Shown here in pieces: positions 31,501-43,600 of a DNA stretch of 64,000 bases. The notes beneath the pieces were generated by a model. That model was given only the letters and a program-made list of their open reading frames with translations. It was not told where the DNA came from and searched no databases. The DNA comes from a virus, in IMG/VR virus record IMGVR_UViG_3300049033_000018, positions 19,638-83,637 of that record; one strand, given 5' to 3'. The position numbers were made by a program, and so were the translations under genes. Within the stretch, counting starts at the first letter, position 1. The number at the start of each line of letters is the position of its first letter.

Positions 31501-34500
31501 AAGCAGCTCAGATGATTGCTGACCCTGCGTATGTAAATAATTTATCAAAAGGTATTTTTAACTCTAAAAAATATGATGCAATATTTGACAATACAGATTG
31601 GATTGAAAATAATGAATCAGGGTTTGATGAACTTTCAAAAGAAGAATTCAGACAATTAAAAGAAAAGTTAGACTCAGGAATTATATCTAAATATGATGTT
31701 CATACATTCTTAACTAATGCAGAAATTTTAAGAATGGGTGCTTCAACACAAGAAGGGAATACTATCCAAGAACAAGAGGATGATATTGTATCGAAAGAGG
31801 ATTTACAAGATATTGTGAATCAGGATGATGAAGGAAATATGAATTTAGATACATCTTCAGTAACTTATAAAAATATATCTGAAGCTATTGCTCAAGATTT
31901 AGCTTATGGTAATGAACTTTCATCTAACCAACAATTAGTTTATAATGCTATTCAATCTAATGAGACAGAGTTTGAATCACTAAATGAAAGGATAAATGAG
32001 ATAAAATCAGAAGCAGAAGTCTCTCCTGTTACAATTGGAGAAACTAATAGAAATTCTAGATTAGCTCAGGAACAAAGATTAAATAAAATTGCAGAAGATA
32101 GAAGAAATGAAATTAATGCAAGGTATGATGAGTTAATTGCGAATATACCTGAAGAAAGTCCTATAGAAGAAGTAATTGTTGAAGAAGCAGCTCAAGAATC
32201 TGAATTATCAGAAGCTGAAGCTTCTTTACCTGAATCAAATGCTTTAGCAGGATTTAATGGGCATGACCAAATTAATTTTAGAAATTCTAATTTCCAACAG
32301 GTAGGTTTTGATATTGATGGGAATCATTATAATGTAATTACAGGTTTTGATAGAGCAAAAACTCTTATCAGTATTAATGGTATTACAATTCCGTTTTATC
32401 TAACTTCAGGACATGGAGGTAAAGGGTTGACTCCAGGATGGTATCCATTTTTTGGAATCGGTAAGGATGGTTGGATGAATAAGACTGATAAAGCTGATAT
32501 GGAAACATATTATGAAAGATATTGGGGAACTGAGGTTGCTGATATTATCAGAGAAATTTCTGAAGAGTTAAATCAGTTCTATGGTACAGAACCAAGTTCT
32601 TTTAGTAATGATGCAGACCCAACTACAACTGTTAGACCTATTACTACATTAGCTGATAAAGTAGAAGATTATATTAATGATGCTATTAGTATTACTCCTA
32701 CAGCTAATAATACAGATGCAAGAAAATCATTAAGAAGTAATGTAGAACAGTTAGGAAATGATATTCTTGATAATTATGATGAAAATGCTCCAGTAAATGA
32801 AGTAGAGGAATCAACAAATAGAGGACCTCAGCCGTTTTCATCTCCAGAGCTAGAAGTTACTACACCTACTGACCCTGTTTCAGCAATTGACCCTATTGGA
32901 CAACTAGAAGCAGAAAGACAAAATGAGCTCGATGAAGTTGAAAGAATACTTGAAGAAGCTTTAAATCCAGTAGAACAAAGAACTATTCAGATAAATACTG
33001 AGCTTGATAGGTTAAATGCATTTATTGAGAATGTAATTGATGAATTAAAATCAGCTTCTAAAGAGTTAAATGTTGAAACAGTAGATAATTTTGATTTAAA
33101 CCCTCAGAAAGTTTCTAAAATCTTTGATGAATATGAGACATTATTTAATAAAGAAGAAAAAACTAATGATGATGAAGCAAGACTAACTGAGTTAAAAAGT
33201 TTAATTAACAAATATGGACTTGTTGAAGGTAGAGTTATTGATTATCAGGGAGCACCTATTAGGTTATCTGACGTATTAGAGCAAAGAGTTTTCTTAGAAA
33301 ATGAACACTTTAATACTGAAAGTGAATTAATGCCCCTATCAGATGTTGAAACTACTCTAGTAACAACAGAAGCACCTACTGATGAGTTTACAGCTAAAAC
33401 AAGAGGAGGAGACCCTACAGTACTTAATAACTATGACTTTGCTACTTTTACAGGTAGTAATTCTAGTAATGAGGTTTCTGTAGCAAATATTACTCCAGAA
33501 TTGTTAATGACTCAATTATTAAATGGTAAACAAGATTGGAGTATTGAAGTTGATAATAATGAGATTAGCTTAGACCAAGCAAATGATTTCATTGCTGAGG
33601 GACAAGTTGTGAGAATAACTTTCCCAGATGTAAATAATGAAATGAACAGAGTTTCATTCCAGTTAGATAAATCAAGAAGAATTATTCTTCCGAGTGGAGA
33701 TATTCAAACTTTAGAAGAAAATTCACCATTTAGATTTAATTCAGATAACATTATTGGTAGTTCAGGATATTATACTTTAACTATGGATGTTAATGGGGTT
33801 CAAGTTCCAGTTAAGTCAGATTTTAATTTAGCTCAGCTAATTGACAGTCAGGCAGCTCAAAGACTTAATCCAGGTGATAACATTTTTTTTGAAGTTGAAT
33901 TGGATTCTACTTTTAATCAAGGTTTATTAAATAGGATGTCCCCGTTCTTATCTTCAGTTTCTGAAGAGGATAGAGCTAAATTTGAACCTTTATTAAATCT
34001 GGCTACTGAGGCTGTAGATAATACTACAAGACTGAATGTTTTAAAAGCAAATATTGCTTCTTCACAAAAGTTCTTAGATGAGTTAAATGAACAAATTGAT
34101 GCTGCTAATGATGCAACTGTAACTGACAGAGCAACTTATAACAAAGAAGTTGTTTTTCCTTTAGTTGATAGAGCAACATCTGAAGACAAAAAAATTCAAG
34201 CTTTAGAAAATGAGGTAAGCTCATTACAGGCTAGAAATAAAGAAATCAGAGTACAACTTAATGTTGATTTCAATAAGATTCCTTATGATAGAATTCTAAG
34301 AAATCTTGAAAAGAAACTAGGTAAGTCTAAATTAAGTGACTCTCAACAAAAAGAGTTTGATGCTTTAAGAAAAGAGTTTAAGGATAGTATGGTAATAGTT
34401 TCTAAAGATAAATCTGGAAATACTGTAGGAATTGTAAAAGCATTCAATAACTCAAATGGTCAGAATGCTTTATATATGGATTACCTAAGAAACAGTTTAT

Positions 34501-35294
34501 TCAGCAAGTTTGAGAGCAGTGGGTATAAAAATGCAAAAAGTTCATTTACAGTTCCAGTTCAGATTGTTTACATGGGGATTCCAAATATTTCATCTACTGA
34601 AGCAGGAAAGGTACTATATGAATTTTCTAGAGATACTGGAGATAATATGATAAATCCTAATAAAGTGATGGATATTGGTTATGTTGGATTCAATGAGTTG
34701 AGGTTTAACTCTGGGGCAAAATATAGTACTCCTTATAATTATGCTCAAAGTATAATGAGAGATAAGGCTTATACAGGAAGACAAATCCCTGTAATTATGT
34801 TTAGGTATAATGGAAAAGAAGTTATTTACCCTGTATCATTAAAAGAAGCATTGAGTAGTGATGTTGTAGTCTCTCAATATGATTCTCTAGTAAGTAATAA
34901 GAGTAAAGATTTTAGTGCTTATATTAATGACATTAATGAGTTCTTATCTTCAAATAAAATATCTCCTAAATACAGACTTACATCTTTGAACTATACGGAT
35001 GAGTATGTAGGTCAGATAAGAGATGTAATTGAAAATTCTGAGTTTTATCCTTCTGTAGAAGAGTTTTTAAATACAAGGAATATCGCACAGACTCTTATAG
35101 ATAATGCTCTTATAGATATTGACTTAAATAATAGTCCATTTATTGGACCAAAAATAAAGCTTGCACTTAATCAAGTTCCTGAATTTAACTCTGAATTGAG
35201 CAATACTGATAAAGTAATTAATGATAATTCTCCTATACAAAATCAAGCTGAGGAGAATAAAGATGAAAATGAATGTAATTTTGAATTAGACTAA
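28566..35294 (+). CDS. Giant cargo/ejection protein, 2242 aa, probable membrane-channel former
   Basis: Gly/Ala-rich hydrophobic segments (GGGIVAGAATGAAIGSLGGPIGAAIGGVVGG; GFMIGAIGVG; IMIGMIVGAGG), an EGLWEEGIQ motif and long acidic coiled coils. Confidence 0.65.
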   Translation: MASTPQDLYNASPSGIDPVIAMTSNGVSENMALTENILNNPISYDFGEESLSQSLKRVSELKVVDFNSIYKPTLNLGNIGIDGSGASGSRGKIDPFSSPDDNTFSWIGDRINVDEYYNQMSEDWANLDKDNAGLIGTGGGIVAGAATGAAIGSLGGPIGAAIGGVVGGILGGIEGNQVSKNIGYGYVRNKFGFDEQAKYNQQGFWGRAGAGLMNMVHSADSLTLGTLGTIAYLPQSISERSLNVLFNNDFTKLLDDYDKSSQSSNRIYHSTDYDNSSLIGKLAHSEMWFEQVAPAVGFMIGAIGVGRATGLGLGAVGLGGAGTGAAGRAFLAETIGAAAKGETQALGRQALLNGFKQAARQELRNQTFKSMAGNMVTLLTSASPESGLEARGAMNEAQENYIKAYNNAYGRLPSSEEIANFDVANKESGNGVFAANLAVVGLSNWLQFGDAMGLNKVVKKGLLDDSINKVFGLGIKKTVGDVSEKGIQSAVWEAVQRTKLQKLGYRALKALQAPATEGLWEEGIQHVISDTHKNYLESRFNPQATEINKSLLNAFGESFVNTYTSEAGWNDIMIGMIVGAGGTVRARGGFDILNQRQVGREERAIAGNVQNLNETQNELISAHEDYLSKQAIYNNLANVSTARLSDKIGALNQQVINSDLSKKYIASGNLEQAQLAYQNSLFAKLSAEKRAGLSESNKFDLDMMVENIPEDALTNLYNFRTPEQIAQFKQETQTNLNNLVESFDAAYEMAESLNIGTNSGNFSPAQVTEMAALNFFHGMHSADNANNIAQALEQTTGINGIADAMNYYSNLTGVQQRRMGELEDLQKQLTELESKHNDLLNSFSTEINKPQREGENEVVVTQLDRTNNAIAGVQSEIESVNNRINTLTNILNSKESIPEFPFSNPAIKYFDAVNLTLADNEASNVLGNMQSLDRYVEHLLDTTEKTEDEISIDRNKADMLQSLVGAYKAQMALMRNFAKAAQMIADPAYVNNLSKGIFNSKKYDAIFDNTDWIENNESGFDELSKEEFRQLKEKLDSGIISKYDVHTFLTNAEILRMGASTQEGNTIQEQEDDIVSKEDLQDIVNQDDEGNMNLDTSSVTYKNISEAIAQDLAYGNELSSNQQLVYNAIQSNETEFESLNERINEIKSEAEVSPVTIGETNRNSRLAQEQRLNKIAEDRRNEINARYDELIANIPEESPIEEVIVEEAAQESELSEAEASLPESNALAGFNGHDQINFRNSNFQQVGFDIDGNHYNVITGFDRAKTLISINGITIPFYLTSGHGGKGLTPGWYPFFGIGKDGWMNKTDKADMETYYERYWGTEVADIIREISEELNQFYGTEPSSFSNDADPTTTVRPITTLADKVEDYINDAISITPTANNTDARKSLRSNVEQLGNDILDNYDENAPVNEVEESTNRGPQPFSSPELEVTTPTDPVSAIDPIGQLEAERQNELDEVERILEEALNPVEQRTIQINTELDRLNAFIENVIDELKSASKELNVETVDNFDLNPQKVSKIFDEYETLFNKEEKTNDDEARLTELKSLINKYGLVEGRVIDYQGAPIRLSDVLEQRVFLENEHFNTESELMPLSDVETTLVTTEAPTDEFTAKTRGGDPTVLNNYDFATFTGSNSSNEVSVANITPELLMTQLLNGKQDWSIEVDNNEISLDQANDFIAEGQVVRITFPDVNNEMNRVSFQLDKSRRIILPSGDIQTLEENSPFRFNSDNIIGSSGYYTLTMDVNGVQVPVKSDFNLAQLIDSQAAQRLNPGDNIFFEVELDSTFNQGLLNRMSPFLSSVSEEDRAKFEPLLNLATEAVDNTTRLNVLKANIASSQKFLDELNEQIDAANDATVTDRATYNKEVVFPLVDRATSEDKKIQALENEVSSLQARNKEIRVQLNVDFNKIPYDRILRNLEKKLGKSKLSDSQQKEFDALRKEFKDSMVIVSKDKSGNTVGIVKAFNNSNGQNALYMDYLRNSLFSKFESSGYKNAKSSFTVPVQIVYMGIPNISSTEAGKVLYEFSRDTGDNMINPNKVMDIGYVGFNELRFNSGAKYSTPYNYAQSIMRDKAYTGRQIPVIMFRYNGKEVIYPVSLKEALSSDVVVSQYDSLVSNKSKDFSAYINDINEFLSSNKISPKYRLTSLNYTDEYVGQIRDVIENSEFYPSVEEFLNTRNIAQTLIDNALIDIDLNNSPFIGPKIKLALNQVPEFNSELSNTDKVINDNSPIQNQAEENKDENECNFELD

Positions 35295-35295
35295 T

Positions 35296-37596
35296 ATGAA
35301 TAAATGTAAAATTTTCAGAGACTTTGATACTGATAGAGTAACTAGAGTATTGAATAACCAAGGGGAGGAGTCAGCTTTGTATAAAGCTGCTCTAGCCCAA
35401 ACTAAAGACCAAGAGCAAGCTCTTGATATTTGGTCAGTTACTTCATTGCCAAGGTTTGAAGAATATGCAAAAGATTTAAATTTAAATGGAAAAGAAGCTA
35501 AATTATCAGATGTTTTAAAATTCATCAATAATTTAAACACAACAGAAACTCTTTCAAATCAGGATTTAGTCGAACTGTCTAATAATTTACAAACTTTAAA
35601 TGTTGAAAATGGGGATAATTTTTTATCCCTACTTCAACAGACTTTTTATAATGCAACAGGATTATTTGAAGTTAATAGACAAAAGTTAAGAAATTCAGGA
35701 TTATATACTGAGGCAGAAATAAATAATATTATGACTTTTCCTTCATTAAGAGCAAATATAAAGGAATTTATTAACAAAATTAGAAATACTTTAAAAGGAG
35801 ATAACCAATTACCAAATTTATTTACAGATAATACATCTTATAATGACTTTGTGATTCAGGACTCTTCCACTTATGTAGGGATAGGAAAGTTTAAAAACTA
35901 TTTACCAGAAGAAGTTAGAGATTATCTTTTAAAGAATATCAGAAGTTTTACAACTGATGTTGAGTTTAAGGCTAAACTTCAGGCATTAGATAATATTGAC
36001 ATAAGAGACTATGTTTTAGATAATTCAGATGTTTACAACTATGTAAAGGATTTAGTTAATAATTCTAAGGTAGTTCCTGTATTTACAGAGACGGATGGAA
36101 TGGTTGTTCCAAAGTTAGATAATGATTTGGTACCTGCTATTTTAAACACTATCAGAATAGGAGAGCCAAAAGACATCTTCACTATGTCTGTAGATAATGT
36201 AAGAGTTATTCCTGTGGACAATTGGTATCAAAATGAAGCTGTTCCAACTTTATTAAAAGATTTAGAGCTACAGGCTGCCATAAATCACATTGATTTATAT
36301 GGGTTAGCACAATCATACACTAGTAAGAGTAGAGAGGAAATTTTGGGTATCTTAGACGTTGTGGATGACTTTTTATACAAGGCTGAATTAGCAGAAATAT
36401 CCAATACTGATATTTATGATTTAGGAAACGATATTTCAGAGTTCTTTGGACAAGAGGTTACACAAGCAGAAATAACAATACCTATCTCTGAAACAGACAA
36501 GGGTAGAAACCTTTCTATTATTGATACTAGTCTTTCAGAAATTGATTTATATCAATCAGACGGATTTATCAAATTTAGAGATAACCTATATCAGAAAGCA
36601 ACAGTATATGATTCATTTAATACAATGGCTGAAGATACATACAATGCTCTTTTAGATGATATTACTATTTTACCTGATTCAGTTTTAGAATCCTTACAAC
36701 TTAAAACTAATGGAAATTATAATTTTGCTTATTTACTAAATCCTGCAAATCAGACAAATATTTTAAGTAAAATAAATGAATTAGTAGCTAGAGAAATGGA
36801 TTCTAGTTTTACTATTAATAGTAATGAAGAATTTGATGCAGCTAAACAAATAACCTTATATAAAAGCTTATTAAAAGTTCCAACAATTCAAGTTAGAAAA
36901 TTAGATATTTCTGATTTCATGACTAGAAAAGCAGTGGTGGACATTGATAATGACACTTTGGATTATTTGACTTCAGATTTTATATCAGATTTTTATGCAA
37001 AATATTTACAGGAAAAAGTTTTAGAGTCTCCATTGTTTGATGCTGCTTATAAATACTTTGAAGTAACAAATAGGGGAATTGTATTTAATAACACGAATCC
37101 ACTTATCAAAAATCAAGTTTTAACATTAATGGCAGAAGATGAGATGTTTCCTGTATTACAAGCTTATAGTGCCATAAGTAAAGAAGATTCTTTGGAATTT
37201 TTAATGCCTGAACAAATTGATGAAACTTTAATCGATATTCAGGATAGAAGAGACTTTGTAGTTAATCATCCAGAATATGTACAAAAGTTTGTTAAACCTT
37301 TCACACAGGTAGACCCAACAACTTTAGTTGTTAAAAATAGTCTAGATGAATTTTTAAAGCTTAATAATGGATTATATGAACTTACAGATTTTAGAAATGG
37401 GGTTTCTATTTATTCTTTACTTAATAATGTAGCTGACCCAAATTTTTATGTCTTTAACTCAGCTAAACCAGTTGTAAATATTGATGTAAATATAGAGACT
37501 TATGAGTCCTCAAATACAGATTTAAACCTTACAAATAAATCTAAAGTAAGCCAGTCTGTGACTGATAAACTACTTGAAACGCTTATTTGTTCTTAG
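35296..37596 (+). CDS. Cargo/ejection protein, 766 aa
   Basis: Acidic and helical; the N-terminal C...V...GEESALY block resembles the start of the next gene. Confidence 0.55.
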   Translation: MNKCKIFRDFDTDRVTRVLNNQGEESALYKAALAQTKDQEQALDIWSVTSLPRFEEYAKDLNLNGKEAKLSDVLKFINNLNTTETLSNQDLVELSNNLQTLNVENGDNFLSLLQQTFYNATGLFEVNRQKLRNSGLYTEAEINNIMTFPSLRANIKEFINKIRNTLKGDNQLPNLFTDNTSYNDFVIQDSSTYVGIGKFKNYLPEEVRDYLLKNIRSFTTDVEFKAKLQALDNIDIRDYVLDNSDVYNYVKDLVNNSKVVPVFTETDGMVVPKLDNDLVPAILNTIRIGEPKDIFTMSVDNVRVIPVDNWYQNEAVPTLLKDLELQAAINHIDLYGLAQSYTSKSREEILGILDVVDDFLYKAELAEISNTDIYDLGNDISEFFGQEVTQAEITIPISETDKGRNLSIIDTSLSEIDLYQSDGFIKFRDNLYQKATVYDSFNTMAEDTYNALLDDITILPDSVLESLQLKTNGNYNFAYLLNPANQTNILSKINELVAREMDSSFTINSNEEFDAAKQITLYKSLLKVPTIQVRKLDISDFMTRKAVVDIDNDTLDYLTSDFISDFYAKYLQEKVLESPLFDAAYKYFEVTNRGIVFNNTNPLIKNQVLTLMAEDEMFPVLQAYSAISKEDSLEFLMPEQIDETLIDIQDRRDFVVNHPEYVQKFVKPFTQVDPTTLVVKNSLDEFLKLNNGLYELTDFRNGVSIYSLLNNVADPNFYVFNSAKPVVNIDVNIETYESSNTDLNLTNKSKVSQSVTDKLLETLICS

Positions 37597-37616
37597 TAAT
37601 ATTTTTTATCATATGT

Positions 37617-37649
37617 TTTGATATTTGAAAATTTTTTCTTATCTTTGCA
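37617..37649 (+). promoter_or_regulatory. Bacteroidota-type promoter
   Basis: TTTG (37617-20), 19 nt, TATCTTTG (37640-47). Confidence 0.8.
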
Positions 37650-37664
37650 TAAAATTAATTTTTA

Positions 37665-40600
37665 ATGAATTGTACAATAACTATAACTCCATCTGGAATC
37701 TTACAAAAAGTTTCAGACTTTAATGGAGTTGAGTCAGAACTATTTAAACAAATTGCCTCTCTTCCATATGTAAATAATGTAGGGGAGGCTTTAGATATTT
37801 ATTTAAAGACACAAACAGAAGATTATCAAAATTCAATAGCCAATGCTGCTGAGAAGTATTCTATTACAGAACCAGTACTTAAATTTCAATTAGGTAATGG
37901 TCAAATTGTAGATACCTATTTTGAAGCATTAGCTCAAGGAGCTGGAGATATTATCACAACAGGATTTGATGTGGAAGGAGATTTAGTACCTTTACATTCA
38001 TTTAGCTCAGATATTTCTCCAAATACACTTCTTGGAAAAATCAATAACCTAATTCTGAATAATGTACTTTCTCCATCTAAAGCAAAAGTTTCAAATGAAT
38101 ACAGATTGCAAGGAAGTGGTGATAATATTACTACAATTAGTTTCAATAATGTTGAGGCATTACAAGAATTAAATCAAGTTGAAGATAGATTTTCTATTGA
38201 AAGAAATACATTAAGAGATAAATTAACCGATAATGTATTAACAGATTATATACAGGAAGATTTTATAACTATAGAATCAAATGAATACCCTGTTTATAAT
38301 GTACAGTATGAAACTGTAGTTTTAGATAATAACAATCAGTTCAAAGTTATTAATAACGTTGAGCTGGATAGTCATGTTAATACTCAAACAGGAGCCAATC
38401 TTTTACTTGATAGAGAGCTTAATAATTTAATTGATTCAGAATTTGATTCTGTTTCCACAGTTGATGTGGATAAAATTTTGAGCACTAAAGACAAAAGTGA
38501 AATACAAAAGAAATTACTTAAAATATTAGAAAACTTAGGAGTTAAAGTAACTTCTCTTTCTAACTATTTAAAGACTTATGAACAAAAAAATGGTGTAGAC
38601 CCCTCTATTGAAGCATTAGCTGACATTACTCAAAGAGTTGTTGCTTTAGCTGAAGGTGGAGGAACTATTGAAAATCTATCTGAAGAGGTATCTCATTTCC
38701 TTGTGGAAGCCTATAACAATCAAGATGAGATTAATTCTATTCTTCCAACAGTAGAAAATTCTCCTGAGTGGGCAGATGAATCTAATTTCTATTTCACATT
38801 ATATGAAAACCAAGGTTTAACAGGTGAAAATTTAAGAGATAAGGTAAGAAGAGAGATTTTAGGTAAAATTGTAGCTAACTCTATTTTAAATAGAGCTGAG
38901 TCTACCCTGTATTCTAGAGCTTTAGGATTGATTAATAATTTTGTGAATACTATTAGAGGATATTTCTCTCCAAATATGAGAACTAATCTTAACTCCCTGG
39001 TGAATACTATTACTGAAAGTGCTTTAGAGGAAGACAAATTCAATAATAATTTTTCTACAGGTACTTTATCTGATAGTAATTTTGAAATATTCTATAGTGC
39101 AAAACCTTCAACTTTAACAAATAATTTGAATGCTGCTGTAACATTAATGCAAAAACAATTAGGAGTTTTACAAAGAGAAGGAACAGGTAGAGGATTACAG
39201 ATGAGAATGGATACATTAAGAAGTAATATTGAGGCTTCAGATGTATTAAAATCTGTATCTACATATTTGGATATGGTTGATACTATTTATTCAGATGTAA
39301 ACAGAAAAGTTAAAAAAGCTATTGAACTTGAAAGAAATGGTCAGAAAGTAAGTCCTATATTAATGGGACCTCAGGCTGTATCTGCTGATATTCTAACAAC
39401 AGAGAATCTGGCTCATCTTTCAACATTAAGAGATAACTTATTAAATTATAATTTCACTGACCCTGCTGATAAGAAAAGAGCAACTAGTCTTATAGATAAA
39501 ATAACATCATATTCTTCTGATATTCAAACACTTAGTGGGGAGTTAAAAAATTTAACTACTCAAAGAGGTGAAGAAATGGTTGAAACTTTAATGCAGGATT
39601 TTAGATTACCTGATGATGTTAGAGAAGCTTTTCAGGTTCAATTGAATTCTAAATTACACGATGTTAACATGCTTATGGCTAATTTTGGTAACATGCAAAA
39701 TGCGAGTAACCCAATTTTAGCATTGTTAAGCAAAATGGTTAACAGAATGTATACAACAGTTAGGAACAAAGATTTAAAAGTTTATAATGCTCTAGCTCAA
39801 AGACTAAAAGATTTAGGAATGATTGATAAATTGGATTCTTTAATTCAAAGAAGTCCTGAAGGAAAATTAACTAATTATTTTGCTTCAGTTGTTAATTATG
39901 CTAAATTTGATTCTGCTTTTGAAGCAGAGAAAGTGAGACTTTATAATGAAGCTTTACAAAAAGACCCTGTTACATCAGGGTTAGCTCCTATTGAAAATAC
40001 AATACAAATTGGAACTAAGGATTACCCAGGAGAATTAGATTTAACTGATGATGTAAGAAGAAGTTACAATGAACAAATGACTCAATGGTTGGAAGACAAT
40101 ACTGAAACTCCATATAATGGTTCATTCAAGAAATTGAGAGAAGATATGTTCAAGGCTATTGAAGATGGTGTAACTTTACCTGATGGAACTAAAATAGCTA
40201 TGGTGATTCCAGATGTTGTGAAACAGCAAATGGCAGAGTGGGCTAGGAGAAGAAGAGAAATTAAAGAACCTTATTCAGTTAATGGGATTGTAGATTATTC
40301 TCAAATGACAGAGACTGAAAGACAGCAGTTAAGTACAATTAAAAAAGAAAGAAAAGAAGCTTCTTCTTTAATTGACCCTTTAACTCTCGAAGAAAAAACA
40401 GGTACAGAGCTTGAAATTGCCAGAGCTTATCAGGCAATGAATGCTTATTATATGGAACAAAATAAAGGTCAGAATAAAAGAACTATTTCAGGTAGTTTAT
40501 TTGAAGCTTTGGATAATTTTACTAAAGGGAAGTCAGGAGCTCAATTAGCTGAAGGAAATAGAGGTTCATTTGATTTCTTTAATAAAAATTCAGGGATTGC

Positions 40601-43600
40601 TTTTAATGAAAAATTTTGGGATAGAGTTAAAACAAACAATTTAAAAGCTTCTCAAAAAGTTGAGAATTTTATAAGTTCAAATAATATAGTAGGTGACGAG
40701 GCTGACATTATGTTATCTCAGGCTATAAGATTAGAAAAACTATTATCAAATAGGTCTTCTTTTTTAAAACAGTTCAGTAATCCAGCTAATCCATCTGAAA
40801 TTGATGTTGAGTCTATGTCTTCGGCTATGCTTACATCATTTAAAGATTTAGAACAAGATATTGAATCTTTGTATTCAGAACTTAATTCTAAGATGGAGTC
40901 TGAAGGAGGACTTACTCCAGCAATAGAAACTGAATCTACTTCTAACGAAGCTTATTTAAAAGCATTATCTGAGGCTATCAAACTTCAACCTTCTTTAACA
41001 GAAATGGAATTTATGATGGGTCATATGACAGCTCTAAATAAAAATAAAGTAACATTGTTCAATTCTCAATATAGAGATTTTAAAAGAACAGGGATTATTC
41101 CGATTACTGGAAACTTCAAGTATGTTACTACAAAATTATTAGGATTAGACCCTAAGTCTACTAACTCAGAAATTCAGAGAGCTATCACTGAATATGATGC
41201 AAGAGGTGGGGAGGCTTTAGATGCAAGATTTGCTAAGTCTAAATTATTAGGATATTTCAAGAGATTCGCACCAAAAGGATTTGCTGAATTCTATGATATG
41301 TTAAAATCTGGAGATATTGTTAATAGTCAAGGTCAGAATGTTTCTTTCTCTGATGTTATTGAAGATATTGAAAAAGGAAGAAATGGGGGAGAAAGTACTT
41401 TTGAATTTACTACAAAAGATGGGCAAAATGTTAACATTAGTCAGTATCTAAGCATCAATGCAGAAGTTGAATGGATGGAAGACCAAAATCCATTTACAAA
41501 CAATCCAAATTATGTGAAGAATGCTCCAGGTAGTCAACACATGGGAGGAGCGAGACAGCCAAGAATAGATATTTATAAAAATGATGATTTCATTAGAAAG
41601 TACAACATAGATATGAATGCTTATACTTCAACTGGAAAGTTATCTTCTAATGGAACTACAAGAGAGAATGAGAATGAACTTCAAGCTTTAAATTTGGTCA
41701 TTGAAAATAGGTTTGAAGCTCTTAAAAATCAAGGTCTCCAAAATTCTGAAAACTCATTTAAGAGACCTCAAGTAAGAAAAACTACTTTAGAACATGCTGC
41801 TGCTGCAACTAAAGGTAATGTAATTGTTACAGCTAAAAATGCTTTAAGAGATGGATGGAGTAATACAGTAGATAAGATGCTTTATGGAGAAACAGTTGAT
41901 GGAGATATAAATTCAGATGGTAGAGAACTTTCTAATTTAACTGTCCCAGTTTTAAATGTGAGAAATCTTGAAAACCTAGAAGATGTAACTGAAGATGTTC
42001 TTTATGGGTTGATGACCCATACACATAATGCTCATTTATATACAGAAAGACAAAAAGTATTAGCTAAATCTAACCAACTAGAACAGTTAATGTTAAATAA
42101 ACAAAAGTTCATTGGGAAAGAAGCTAAAAATACAAGAGCTTATAAATGGTTTCAGGATTATAGAAAAGTAAATTTATTAGGAGTATCCGAATTAAATAAG
42201 GTAGAAATTCCACTAGCTGGAAAATCTATTAATTTGACTAATTTCCTAAGGTCATTTGATGCTTATCAAGGGTTGGTGAATGTTGGTTTAAACCCAGCCG
42301 TATCTATCACTTCAGGAACGTCAGCCTTTACTTTTAGTTTAACAGAATCTATTTTAGGAGATTATATTCCTACAGACTCCTATAAATGGGGAGCAAAGAG
42401 ATATATGGCAAATCAGCCAGCATTTATGACTGAGACTGGTAAAGTTGAAAAAACTAGTGAAATATATCTACTTGGTGAGAAATTCGGTTTGTTCAATCTG
42501 ACAGAAAGATTAAATGGCTCAAAATATAACCAAGCTTTAAGAACATTATTTAAAGATGGTATTCATGGGGCAGCCCACACCTTAACTGAAATGATGACTC
42601 ACCCTTATGCACCAACTTCAATGTATGGGGTACTACATGATTTTAGGTATGTTGCTAAACCAGATGGGTCTTACCAGTTAATGAGTTTTAATGATTTCAA
42701 GAGAATTAGTACAAATGAATTCTCAACTCAGAAGGAATTAATGGAAGCTTGGAAATTGCATGAGGATAACTCTATTGCTAAAAATTTAGATACAAATGGA
42801 GGGACTGTCAATTATTCTGACAAGTTAAAAGGAATCTGGCAAACAATGTATGGGGATAATCAAGAGGCTATTGATAATGAGCTAGAATATATGGAGAATG
42901 AGATTACCTCAGGAACTGAGAATTTAGTTTCTAAGATTGATGCTAAAATGCCAATGTATGATAAGTCTACAGCTTCAAGAAATGCTTTACTTAGATTTGC
43001 CTTGAGACACAGAGAATGGTTCTCAATTAATATGCAAAATAGATGGAAAGGACAGCATTATAACTTAAACACTCACAAGTATGAAGAAGGGTCTTATATT
43101 TCTGCTTCAACTTATTTAAGAGACGTTTACAAAGCTTTTGAATTTAAATCAGGTGTAAGTAATTATAAGAAGTTTAGAGAGATTTACGATGAATTGGATT
43201 CTCATCAGCAAAAGAATATTCAGAGAGTATTAATAGATTTAGCTTTATCAGCTCTTTTAATTACTGTAGGAGCTTTTGCAGTGGCTCCAATTGTGGATGA
43301 TGAGGAAAATAAAGATAACTGGGCAATTCAATATGCTGGGTATATGTATTTCAGATTAGCTTCTGAACAAATGTCAGTAGGTATTGCAGGTCTTCCACAG
43401 TCAAAAGATGTTATTGAAGCACCATTTGTAGCTGTAAACTCTATGAAGGAGTTAATGAAGCCTTCTAACTACTCTAGTGACCTTGTTGAAAGAGGGGCTT
43501 ATGAAGGACATAGTAAGTTATACAAGTTAATTGCTAAACAGACTTTTGCAAGACACTATTATGATACAGCTTATGGAGTAACTCAGAAGTCAGATTTCTT

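Noticed and set aside
36945-36965. DIDND (DxDxD) in the 766-aa protein, and VDGDINSD in the 2021-aa protein, as RNAP active sites
   Set aside because: They lack the NADFDGD/GxDFDID context and occur in very Asp-rich proteins, where chance matches are expected.
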